Source of the DNA: Mytilus californianus
Taxonomy: Eukaryota
DNA length: 64,000 bases
Direction of reading: 5' to 3'
Assembly: GCF_021869535.1 (NCBI RefSeq)
Contig: NW_026262690.1
Location: 86,552,001 to 86,616,000, forward strand
Shown here: positions 49,601-60,559 of the stretch, piece by piece
Layout: each line of letters starts with the position of its first letter
Numbering within the stretch: the stretch's first letter is position 1
Translations under genes and position numbers: made by a program
Notes under the pieces: model-generated
Database searches by the model: none
What the model saw: the letters and a program-made list of their open reading frames with translations, nothing else
Told to the model about the DNA's origin: nothing

Positions 49601-52600
49601 AACATATAGTTAAGAAATCTATTATTGATTCAGATTTTAGGTCAAAATTAGATTAATTATCTATATTGGTGATTTAAAACAATGAAAACCAACAATATTT
49701 TCTTTCCTATCAACTTTATAATAGAATAACACAAGGTGAAGAAAAACTTCAGGAAAAAGCATGCTGTAAGGTTGGGTTAGGTGAATAAAAAACAGTACAG
49801 GTAGCATAAAGGTAGATTCAACTCTAACAATACTAACTGGTAAATTTAAATGTCCCAATTGTATTGTCAATTTTACAATCTGGTTGAACAATAGGTAAAG
49901 GTAAACAGGAACACCTATAGTCAAGTCACAGTAAGTTCTGAAAAACAGTATTGCGAAAAATGTCGCTTGTGAGTTCAAACACATACATATCGTATCGGTA
50001 TTGCGATATTGATAGTGACCGTACAAATTACGAAGTGTCGTTTTAAGTCTTTCTTCCTCATAACTTTGTTAGACCAGTTTTTTTGTGCGAGGACATTCCT
50101 GCTAATGCAGTTCGTATAGTATATAAATGCACGAGCGTAACGTATCAATCGAGAAACGTTAGGGCCATACAATGGGGAAGAGGGGATGAGGGAATGATAC
50201 TGCTCAGAAATGGGAAGTCCGTGATTGGAAAATTCAAATCATCAAGTTTGTCATGGATTCATGTTTGAAGTCGTCAATCTGCGTCAATATCGAGAGAAAG
50301 ATCAGATTATGAGGCAGACCTTCTAGTTTTTGGTTCTATCTTTAATCTCAAGTTCACTGGGATATCTGTGATGCAAGCACTCACAAAACCGGTATCTACG
50401 TCAAAACAACATGGTGGAAATGTGGGGTATATCCCTGTTTAAATGACACTAGCGATATCGGATATTAGTATCAATCAATTCATTATATCGACCGTATAAC
50501 ATGTAATGTGATTGATTCGGTGTTATCATTATTTCAGCTCCTAAACGAATTGAAAGAAAAAGTAGAAAAATACAAGCCTTTGAAAGACTTAAAGGTTCCT
50601 CAGGCACGTATTCTGCTGGTTGGACAAGTAGGAGCAGGCAAATCTAGCTTCTTTAACACCATAAACTCCATCTTTAGAGGCTACATAACCAGTCAGGCTT
50701 GCAGTGGCAACGCAGAACATAGTTTAACAACGATGGTAGGTTTTTGTCAATGATTTCCGGTTGTCGATAGTATGCATACGATTTAAACATTACAAGTTAA
50801 CAAACAATCTCATTGAAAACGTTGTCTTCATTGTCATTTAAAAGAACGGCGAATGATACTAAAGGAACATTCAAAATCACATGTCGAAAATAAACTGACA
50901 AGGCCATGGCTAAAACGAAAAATACAAACGTACACAAAACACAACATAGAAAACCAAAGACTGAGCAACACTCGGGTGCTCCGGAAGGGTAATCAGATCC
51001 TGCTCTATATGTGGCACCCGTCGTGTTGCTCATGTTAGTACAAACCCGGTGAAAAGTCTTATTCGGTAGGTCACATTCGGTCAAAAGGGGACGGGATTGT
51101 AATTACGACAGTTGAAATATATCCGTTGTCATCTGTGAAACGGATCTTCCATAACGGTCAACCAACTCGTGGTGGTGTCCGTAAAATTTACGAAGGGACG
51201 ATTTCAACTTCACCAGTTAGAACTCTTGGTTTAATAGCTTCCTTGTGAGCAGCAACCCTCTATCAAGGAAATCATGATAGAAAATACAAGCCCTGGAATA
51301 TCGTATCAACTGGGAGATATGTACTCCTTATGCAGGTGCTGCTGGAATGTTGCTACACGGAAATGGGAAGTTTACAATTTTGAAATCATCTCTTTTGCCG
51401 TAAAGTTTTGTTTTCATCCTTGTCAGTTTCTAGATGTAAGTCAAGATACTAGGCCGACTTAACTGTATGTGTTGTATCCTTTATCTCAAGTTCGATTGGA
51501 TAGATGCGTTCAACATAGACACCAAATTTTAAATTATTTAGTGAGAGAACATCATCTATATAGCGGAAAGTGAGGTTAAAAGATACTGCTAACTTCTTTA
51601 TTTTTGTCCTAAGTTCCTGTATCAAGTCAGCCTCATGTGAATATAGAAACAAGTCTGTCCCCTTTGGAATGCCGATTGTTTGTTGAAAAAACACGTCCTT
51701 CAAACGTTACAAATATGTTGTCAATAAAGAAATCAAGAAATCAAGCATCTTGATAATGTCAGTTTCAGAGAATTTTTTGTTTGAATCAGAGTGACTTTTT
51801 ACAAAGTACGAAATATATCAATATTAAAATGTCAGAATCATGCAATCTACAGTTTTAAAATAGAAACGCACACACCACACTACTAGGTCACGGGAAAGGA
51901 TGCAATGTTTCACCAGTTATCTGGATAGATTCACAATATAGTTTGAATGCTCTATGTATTTTATTTGGCTTTCATACTCATAAAAATGAAATACTAGTAG
52001 TACGTGCATGTGGTTAATGTGGATTAAGGCAACACAATTCGCAATTTAGGTTTTAATCAATCAGAGTTTAAAAACATAGTGTCACAATGTAATCCCTGAT
52101 GAAATGTGCCTTAAAGATTCATTTTGTATTTATATTGTATTCATTTACATGCTCTCGACAAAAGATGATATCTGCTTCATTGAAATTTTGTCAAATTTTT
52201 TGGTCAATAAGGACCTTTTGTATGTTTTGTGAACCTTCTTTTCTAATTTTAATAATGTCTGTTTAGTACCGAATGTACCAAATAAGAAATGGGCAATCAG
52301 GGACACCAATGAACTTTAGACTTCATGACACCAGAGGACTTGAAGCTGACCAAGGAATTGATTCACATGAAATGAATTACCTTCTTGATGGTAATTTACC
52401 AGACAGACACCAGGTATTATAATAATGTGAAATATTTTAAGGTAGCGTATTTGTTTTATGTCATATAGCATTGAAGATACAATGCTAGGTACATTGTTTA
52501 ATTGGGTTGATAGACTTTTGTCATTTCCCCCTTGAAAAAAGTACTATAAAATAAGAATCTTTTTAATATGAGAATTAATATACCCAAAAAAGAGTCAACA

Positions 52601-54619
52601 CAATGGAAAATAACAGAGAACATAAATTAAACTTTATTGTCATATTTTCCACTTTTGTTTTTTTACAAACATAATTTGGTGGAGTTCCTCAGCTGCAAGA
52701 CAATTTTTAAAACCAATTTAAGAGACAATTTAATAATTTTTCAAAAATATTGATATTGAGAATTCTCTTCATTCAAATAATTTTACAATAGGTCTTTCAC
52801 ATGGTTGTCAACTTTCATTTTTTAATAGTTCAATCCCTCTGTACCAATATCAGGAGATACAGCAGGATTTGTTGTGAGTCCTAATTTAAGTGACAAAATC
52901 CACTGTGTCATATTTGTACTTGATGGAAGCATTGTTGATGTTATGCCAGAGAAGGTTATTGAGAGGATGAAGAACCTACAGCTTCGTATGAATCAAAGAG
53001 GTTTAAAATTCTATTTCTTTGACATGTTAGCACAATAGCAAAACACCTATAGAACTAAGGGTTAAACAATAAAAAAAGTCTAAAATGAAAACATTTAGGA
53101 TTGAATTACATGCAGATAAAAGTATACATTGACTAAGTAACTGGAAAGATATATCATCTTGTATACTTCAAGTCATATCCGTAGAGATTATAAAGAAGGG
53201 AACAAGTTTTTTGAAATAAAGAAGCATGTGTTGAGTGTTGACTACTAACATTGAAATATTAAGACTACATTAGTTCAACTTAACTGTTAAAATTCTATAA
53301 TTTAATAATTCAAAAAATTTATTTTACTCTTCCGCCTTCTTAACCAGTGTCTTAACAAGACCAAAAGTTGGAGATGTGGGAATGTGCAAGTATGCCTGAG
53401 GCCAATACATTGACATCTAAATAAATTCAATCTTTAGTTGCACAAAAATCAAAAAGGAATGAGCAAAGTAGCCTAAAACTCGGACCAACTTTACCTGGGG
53501 TGTTGCAAATAAGTTTTATACCAATTACAATGCACACAACACATATTTCTGGTATGTATTTATGTTTATGTCCTTTAAAGGGGCATTAGCATCGAGATAA
53601 AAAAAATAATAAAATATGATTTGTTTTTGTTCAATCATTAATGAAAGTGAAATAGTGAAATAATAATTCGCTTTTAGCAGCCAGTTTAGTTCAATTTTGT
53701 CAAAATAAGCTGAGAAACATCGCTGATGAATTATTCACTTGCAAGTGAATAATTCGACCTCATTTAATCCGTATTCATGTGACCTTCAATTTAACCCATT
53801 AGCTACAGATTGGTTACGCATGCATTAGTCGTGTTCAGCCATTAAAAGGAAAAGAATGTCAACATTTAAAGTGAAACAAAGGTGAATCATTTCGTTGACT
53901 GATTCGATCCACAAAAAATCATTCTTATATAGGCAAAAACGACGATTATCTGATTTTTTTAACCTATAACATGAAATCAAACAGACCTAGAAAAGTCCAA
54001 TTGCACGAGGTTGCTATCTATTTATATTTATGTTTATGTTCATATCGGGTTATATGACCGTCGGCAGTCTTCGGAGGTCATTTCGATGGTTGATTAGATG
54101 GCGTCTAAACTAAAATACACACGAAAAGCTGATATATATTTTCGAGTCCATCCATTGTTAATTGTTTATTTCAGTCTTATTGTAATTTGGATATACGTTT
54201 TAGTATGTTATAAATCAAATATGAGAGTTTGAGTCAAATCGATGAACATGAATTTGACAGTCTATCCCCCTTTAAGTAATGTAACTAATGTAATATTCAA
54301 TTTCGCAGGAATCCCCCAAGTAGTTTTGCTTACCAAGATTGACAAAGTGTGCGAGGCTACAGCCACAGATATATCTCGAGTTTTTTACAGTCCAGTCATC
54401 CAGGAGTCTGTAGATAGAGTATCCCAGATAATGGGGCTTCCAAGATCACACATTTTACCGATCAAGAATTATGAATCGGAGACAGAGCTTAATGCAAATG
54501 TGAATATTTTGGCTTTACTGACCTTACAACAGGTGTTACATTTCGCAAATGACTACATGTATAACTATCTTGACCAAATTGAGGAAGGGAAAGTTAGACA
54601 ACTTAACATAAGGGAATAA
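46102..54619 (+). CDS. IFI44L: Interferon-induced protein 44-like (N-terminal TLDc + C-terminal P-loop domain), 6 coding exons, 467 aa, intact
   Basis: Exons 46102-46621, 47028-47083, 50538-50735, 52267-52413, 52829-53000, 54309-54619. All GT-AG, phases 1,0,0,0,1 compatible, total 1404 nt, no internal stop. Motifs LLYKASRDG..F...C.NKGPTVTV..GGYT (TLDc), LLVGQVGAGKSSFFNTINS, LHDTRGLE, IHCVIFV.D, PQVVLLTKID. Confidence 0.93.
47028..47083 (+). CDS. IFI44L: IFI44-like coding exon 2 (linker AGDTPLDGSWRKTAKWNLK)
   Basis: tttag|CTGGC...CTAAAG|gtaagc; supplies the required phase 1 to phase 0 bridge and the family PWR/W-type linker. Confidence 0.8.
48052..49935. mobile_element. Foldback-like element in IFI44L intron 2 with ~117-bp TIRs and an internal ~180-200-bp tandem array
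   Basis: 48052-48168 is the inverted copy of 49818-49935; ccagaatttt units at 48602, 48784 and 48981. Confidence 0.65.
50538..50735 (+). CDS. IFI44L: IFI44-like coding exon 3 (P-loop GQVGAGKS)
   Basis: tttcag|CTCCTA...ACGATG|gtaggt; 66 codons. Confidence 0.92.
50842..51795 (-). mobile_element. 5'-truncated PLE copy (RT C-half + 3' tail) in IFI44L intron 3
   Basis: Minus strand: KMLDFLIDNIFV..QQTIGIP.GT...FRYIDDVLSLNN..IYPIELEIKDTT..ISQLIRYSRAC..RKFYG.HHELVDRYG, then the common 3' tail. A further RT C-terminal fragment lies at ~49940-50170 (-). Confidence 0.8.
52267..52413 (+). CDS. IFI44L: IFI44-like coding exon 4 (YRMYQIR...LHDTRGLE...LPDRHQ)
   Basis: tttag|TACCGA...CACCAG|gtatta; 49 codons. 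Confidence 0.9.
52829..53000 (+). CDS. IFI44L: IFI44-like coding exon 5 (FNPSVP...KIHCVIFVLDG...MNQR)
   Basis: ttaatag|TTCAAT...AAAGAG|gtttaa; phase 1. Confidence 0.9.
53579..54130. mobile_element. Kolobok-type non-autonomous element (one terminus) in IFI44L intron 5
   Basis: TTAA|AGGGGCATTAGC start (TTAA at 53575-53578); other end not found, so the right boundary is approximate. Confidence 0.5.
54309..54619 (+). CDS. IFI44L: IFI44-like terminal coding exon
   Basis: tttcgcag|GAATCCCCC...GAATAA; GIPQVVLLTKID...PIKNYESE...ILALLTL. Confidence 0.92.
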
Positions 54620-57600
54620 GTGAAAGACAAACCACTCTGATTGAATAGAAACTTGTATGCCAAATATATTAAAAATTTGCTGTATGCAGAATATATTATC
54701 AAGTAATCTTATATACTTGAAGTATTATCTCATTAGAATATAAAGTTAAGAACAAGTTTTTTTTTAAATACAAAAGCAAATCTTGAAAATTGACTTCTGC
54801 GGTTAAACGACTTTGAATGTCAAAGATAACCTTAACAAATACTGTATTGTGTGTCTTTGTTTATTTTAATCAAATTTTTTCCTCTTATATATTTTAAATG
54901 ACTCAGGAAATTTTCAAATAATAGTACAAGCAAATAACTAACATCAAGATTGAAAAAGAATTTATATTATCCTTCAATATTATACACAAACAAAAATAAA
55001 TTACAAAGAAATAAATGTGATATCCATCAATAATTTACAGTTTATATTACACTACTTGCAAATTTTCAGACTCTCACAAAGTTTTAACCATGATCTTGTA
55101 AAACAGACAGGGATGTTCCCTCTTTCTAAGGTTTTGGATAAAAAAAAATTTAAATCAACATTATTGTTTTTTTTCAATGATATAAAACTTGGACCAATAC
55201 ACTTGATATAGACAATTAATCTATTAAACAAAATTTCTGTGTGTAAGCCAGTATTAATACAATACAATTTATCTCAAAAACAAACATGAAATTATCACAG
55301 TTTAGGACGGACTTAATTCTATATCACGGTTTACAATAGCATATCATTATGTACAATCATTTTCAAAGCACATTTATTGTATGAGATTTACAATTTCTTC
55401 AGTGAAATTTTAAAAGTTCTATCACTGACAGAAAACAGTATGAATTTTCAAGAATTTTCAAGAATACAGTGTTATCTCCCCTAAATCATTCCTGGTTTAG
55501 CATACATTGGCAGATGGTAATAGGTATAACTAAGGAAACTGAGGAATCTGGTATTTACAGCTCGCTTGGTTCCTGTCTCTTGATAGATCTTCAATAATTG
55601 TTCTTTCTGGGATTCATTCATCTGGAAAAAAGAAAGAAATTTAAGAATATTTGTGAATAGAACACCATGCTTCCCTCTCGCACTATCACACTTCATGTTC
55701 AATGACCATGAAATATTGGTCAAAACCCTGATTAATCATATATTAAAAGCAAATGTCCACATCTTTATAAACTTGTGTAATTAGGTTCAAGTTGTTGAGA
55801 CAACAACTTCACTGAAAACTTCCTTAAACCAAAACTAACCAGATATGGGACAGATGACTGGACACATCTGTGTGTAAGCCAGTATTAATACAATACAATT
55901 TATCTCAAAAACAAACATGAAATTATCACAGTTTAGGACGGACTTAATTCTATATCACGGTTTACAATAGCATATCATTATGTACAATCATTTTCAAAGC
56001 ACATTTATTGTATGAGATTTACAATTTCTTCAGTGAAATTTTAAAAGTTCTATCACTGACAGAAAACAGTATGAATTTTCAAGAATTTTCAAGAATACAG
56101 TGTTATCTCCCCTAAATCATTCCTGGTTTAGCATACATTGGCAGATGGTAATAGGTATAACTAAGGAAACTGAGGAATCTGGTATTTACAGCTCGCTTGG
56201 TTCCTGTCTCTTGATAGATCTTCAATAATTGTTCTTTCTGGGATTCATTCATCTGGAAAAAAGAAAGAAATTTAAGAATATTTGTGAATAGAACACCATG
56301 CTTCCCTCTCGCACTATCACACTTCATGTTCAATGACCATGAAATATTGGTCAAAACCCTGATTAATCATATATTAAAAGCAAATGTCCACATCTTTATA
56401 AACTTGTGTAATTAGGTTCAAGTTGTTGAGACAACAACTTCACTGAAAACTTCCTTAAACCAAAACTAACCAGATATGGGACAGATGACTGGACACACAA
56501 ATCAGAATACATAATGCTCCTTACTATCGTAGGCAGGGCTTAACAATGTATGATACTGATTCATGTTTGCATAAACCCTGTTTCTGAAATAACCTTCATT
56601 AGGTACATTTGAGACCACAAGTTTGGCAATCCAAAAATATTGATTTTTTGAGACCAAATCTGGATGAAAAATAAAGAAGGTTAATAATAAGTGTCAATAG
56701 GATATCATGCCCCTCTTTCGTTATCACATTTTTATGTTCAGTGACAACGAATTGATTTGGCGTAAAATTCATTTCCTGAACAAAACATATAGAACTGGTC
56801 ATCCCTTGTTTTTATAGGTACAATTGCATAATTTTTTAACTGAAAATTAACTCCTGTAAAATCATTTAAATCATGCCCATAAGCAATAACACAAACTACC
56901 TAAAGACATCCAGAGTATCCCAGATAATGGGGCTTCCAAGATCACACATTTTACCGATCAAGAGTTATGAATCGGAGACAGAGCTTAAAGCAAATGTGAA
57001 TATTTTGGCTTTACTGACCTTACAACAGGTGTTACATTTCGCAAATGACTACATGTATAACTATCTTGACCAAATTGAGGAAGGGAAAGTTAGACAACTT
57101 AACATAAGGGAATAAGTGAAAGACAAACCACTCTGATTGAATAGAAACGTGTATGGTAAATATGTTAAAAATATGCTGTATGCAGAATATATTATCAAGT
57201 AATCTTATATACTTAAAGTATTATCTCACTAGAATATAAAGTTAAGAACAAGTTTTTTTTTTTAAATACAGAAGCAAATCTTGAAAATTAACTTCTGCGG
57301 TTAAACGACTTTGAATGTCAAAGATAATCTTATAGTCTGCTTTGCTGTGACATTGCTGCATAACAAATACTGCATTGTGTGTGTTTGTTTATTATAATCA
57401 AATTTTTTCCTCATATATATTTTATATGACTCAGGAAATTTTCAAATAATAGTACATACAAATAACTAACATCAAGATTGAAATAGAATTGATATTATCC
57501 TTCAATATTATACACAAACAAAAATAAATTACAAAGAAATAAATGTGATATCCATCAATAACTTACAGTTTATATTACACTACTTGCAAATTTTCAGACT

Positions 57601-58732
57601 CTCACAAAGTTTTAACCATGATCTTGTAAAACAGACAGGGATGTTCCCTCTTTCTAAGGTTTTGGATAAAAAAAAATTTAAATCAACATTATTGTTTTTT
57701 TTTCAATGTTATAAAACTTGGCCCAATACACTTGATATAGATAATTAATCTATTAGACAAAATTTCTGTGTGTAAGCCAGTATTAAAACAATACAATTTA
57801 TCTCAAAAACAAACATGAAATTATCACAGTTTAGGACGGACTTAATTCTATATCACGGTTTACAATAGCATATCATTATGTACAATCATTTTCAAAGCAC
57901 ATTTATTGTATGAGATTTACAATTTCTTCAGTGAAATTTTAAAAGTTCTATCACTGACAGAAAACAGTATGAATTTTCAAGAATTTTCAAGAATACAGTG
58001 TTATCTCCCCATAATCATTCCTGGATTAGCATACATTGGCAGATGGTAGTAGGTATAACTAAGGAAACTGAGGAATCTGGTATCTACAGCTCGCTTGGTT
58101 CCTGTCTCTTGATAGATCTTCAATAATTGTTCTTTCTGGGATTCATTCATCTGGAAAAAAGAAAGAAATTTAAGAATATTTGTGAATAGGACACCATGCT
58201 TCCCTCTCGCACTATAAACTTGTGTAATTAGGTTCAAGTTGTTGAGACAACAACTTCACTGAAAACTACCTTAAACCAAAACTAACCAGATATGGGACAT
58301 ATGACTGGACACACAAATCAGAATACATAATGCTCCTTGCCATCGTAGGCAGGGCTTAACAATGTATGATACTGATTCATGTTTGCATAAACCCTGTTTC
58401 TGAAATAACCTTCATCAGGTACATTTGAGACCACAAGTTTGGCAATCCAAAAATATTGATTTTTTGAGACCAAATCTGGATGAAAAATAAAGAAGGTTAA
58501 TAGTAAGTGTCAATAGGATATCATGCCCCTCTTTCGTTATCACATTTTTATGTTCAGTGACAACGAATTGATTTGGCGTAAAATTCATTCCCTGAACAAA
58601 ACATACAGAACTGTTCATCCCTTAGTTTTTATAGGTACAATTGCATAATTTATTAACTGAAAATTAACTCCTGTAAAATCATTTAAATCATGCCTATAAG
58701 CAATAACACAAACTACCAAAAGACATCCAGAG
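54420..58732. repeat. Tandem duplication of the IFI44L 3' end: unit 1 54420-56915, unit 2 56916-58732; unit 1 contains a further 631-bp tandem duplication (55236-55866 / 55867-56497)
   Basis: AGAG microhomology at 54416-54419, 56912-56915 and 58729-58732; ORFs 55481-55723 and 56112-56354 are identical. Confidence 0.9.
56916..57115 (+). pseudogene. Partial duplicate of the IFI44L terminal exon
   Basis: VSQIMGLPRSHILPIKSYESETELKANVNIL...NIRE*; two amino-acid changes vs 54420-54619; lacks the 5' half of the exon and its acceptor. Confidence 0.85.
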
Positions 58733-59189
58733 ATCAACACTAATGTCTTCAATAATAGACAAGGGTCTGTACAATAAGTTAATCTCTAAATTGTGTCGAG
58801 TCCATAAAAGTGGTGAATAATTTAAACCAAAAAAAAAAGTTAAAGATTAGTCAAGCTTGATATCAATGGTAAGCACATTCAAAGTTCACCAACCAAATTT
58901 GAGTTAATATCAAATGAAAAGAAATATAACAGGCAACACAGCAGCAACCTCTGGCTTTGAATAGGTATAATTGCTTTCTATCACGTCATGTGAACGTGGA
59001 TAGTTGTCTCATTGGCAATCATACTGCATCTCCTTATTTCTACATAGAATTTTAACAGATGACCGCAGAGATACGATATACGACAACATTTAGCACGAGA
59101 ACAAAGATCAACAAACTTGACACTAATGGATTTACGCAACGCGCTACTTGATGAATTGAACATTTTTGAAACAGCAAATTACCAGAATA

Positions 59190-60040
59190 AAAGAACAGAG
59201 TTCCAATGACCCCCGCGTTGCACATATTTTATCTATCCAAGGTACAAGGGCAATAACTAAAAAAAAAACACTTTCGTTTTGTTCTTTAAAACTTTTTATA
59301 AATATCTTAGAGAAATGAAGGCTTCAGAGGAAATGTAATGCGATTTCCGTTATAATTAATATTTCCAAGGGGCATAACTCTTTTGAAAATAAGTGATCGG
59401 CACTGATTTTCGATTTGTCCAAGACATTGATGATATAAACCTATGATATAAATTTCACAAAAATCTGGCAAGAATTGTACGCACGAGAGCGCTCACAAGG
59501 CAATTTTCCAAATAATTAATATTTCCAAGGGGCATAACTCTTTTGAAAATAATTGATCGGCACTGATTTTCAAACTCGTCAGAGACATTGCTGATATAAA
59601 CCTATGACATAAGTAACATAAAAATCTGGCAAGAATTGTACACGTGAGAGCGCTTACGATGCAATTTTCCATATAATTAATGTGTAGAAGGTGCACAACT
59701 CTTTTAAAAATAGTTGATCGGCACAGATTTTCGAACTCGTCCAAGACATGCTAATATAAACCCACGATATAAATTTCATAAAAATCTGGCACGAATTGTA
59801 CACATGAGAGCGCTTACGATGCAATTTTCCATATAATTAATGTTTCCAAGAGGCATAACTCTTTAAAAAATAATTGATCGGCACTGATTTTCGAACTCGT
59901 CCAAGACATTACTGATATAAACCTTGGATATAAATTTCATAAAAATCTGGCAAGAATTGTACACGTGAGAGCGCTAAGAAGACCGGACGAACGGACGCCC
60001 GGTATTTCTGTCCCCTGATGCGCGTTGCGCGGGGGACAAA
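59190..60040 (+). mobile_element. Helentron-associated HINE/pearl-like element carrying 4 x ~160-bp tandem repeats
   Basis: Units start at 59354, 59514, 59675 and 59835, followed by a (GACG)-like microsatellite and the 3' hairpin tgtcccc...ggggaca (60009-60038). Confidence 0.75.
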
Positions 60041-60199
60041 AAGAATAAAGGCCACTCGCTATCGTTACATTTTTACTTATCTTAAGTCGCGTTCTAAACA
60101 GCTTTTGGAAACTCTGCAATTGATTGCTCATTTAATGTATCATCAAAATCGAATAATGCCACCGCAATACATTTAATATTCCGTATGAGTAAATACGCT

Positions 60200-60395
60200 G
60201 TAGGTACAGATATCGAAAAGGCAGTGTTTTTTCTGTTACAAACCAGTGAGCGGTTATTTTCTTTGTAGTAGAATACGCGTGTTGGTTCTTGTAGTCCATC
60301 TGCTTCAGTTAGTAATGTTTTGCTGACTTTCCCATCATTTTGTTGCACCACAAGATTATTAGAGCTTATACCCACAACAAACACATTCTCATGAT
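60200..60395 (-). pseudogene. C-terminal beta-propeller fragment of a bivalve TRIM/NHL-like gene
   Basis: HENVFVVGISSNNLVVQQNDGKVSKTLLTEADGLQEPTRVFYYKENNRSLVCNRK resembles the GNVYV.G..SNNV.V...DG....LL...DGL..P..I.....N.LLVCN terminus. Confidence 0.65.
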
Positions 60396-60441
60396 ACAAT
60401 TGAGAAAGAAGTTCACGATTAAGCAAACAGGAAATGCAATG

Positions 60442-60559
60442 TTTATTTCAGGATGTACTATTTTGGCAAATGGTAACTTATCGATTGCAGATTACGGTGG
60501 ACAGAACTAGAGAGTTTACCGAAGATGGACATTTTATCTGCGATATACCCGTCTCTGGA
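60442..60559 (+). pseudogene. N-terminal beta-propeller fragment of a bivalve TRIM/NHL-like gene, inverted relative to the adjacent fragment
   Basis: SGCTILANGNLSIADYGG then, after a stop/frameshift, FTEDGHFICDIPVSG. Confidence 0.6.

Noticed and set aside
56873-57115. Alternative in-frame terminal exon for IFI44L
   Set aside because: The only nearby AG (catccag|) joined to the phase-1 donor gives E-Y-P-R-stop. The ORF's N-terminus is flanking DNA brought in by the duplication.
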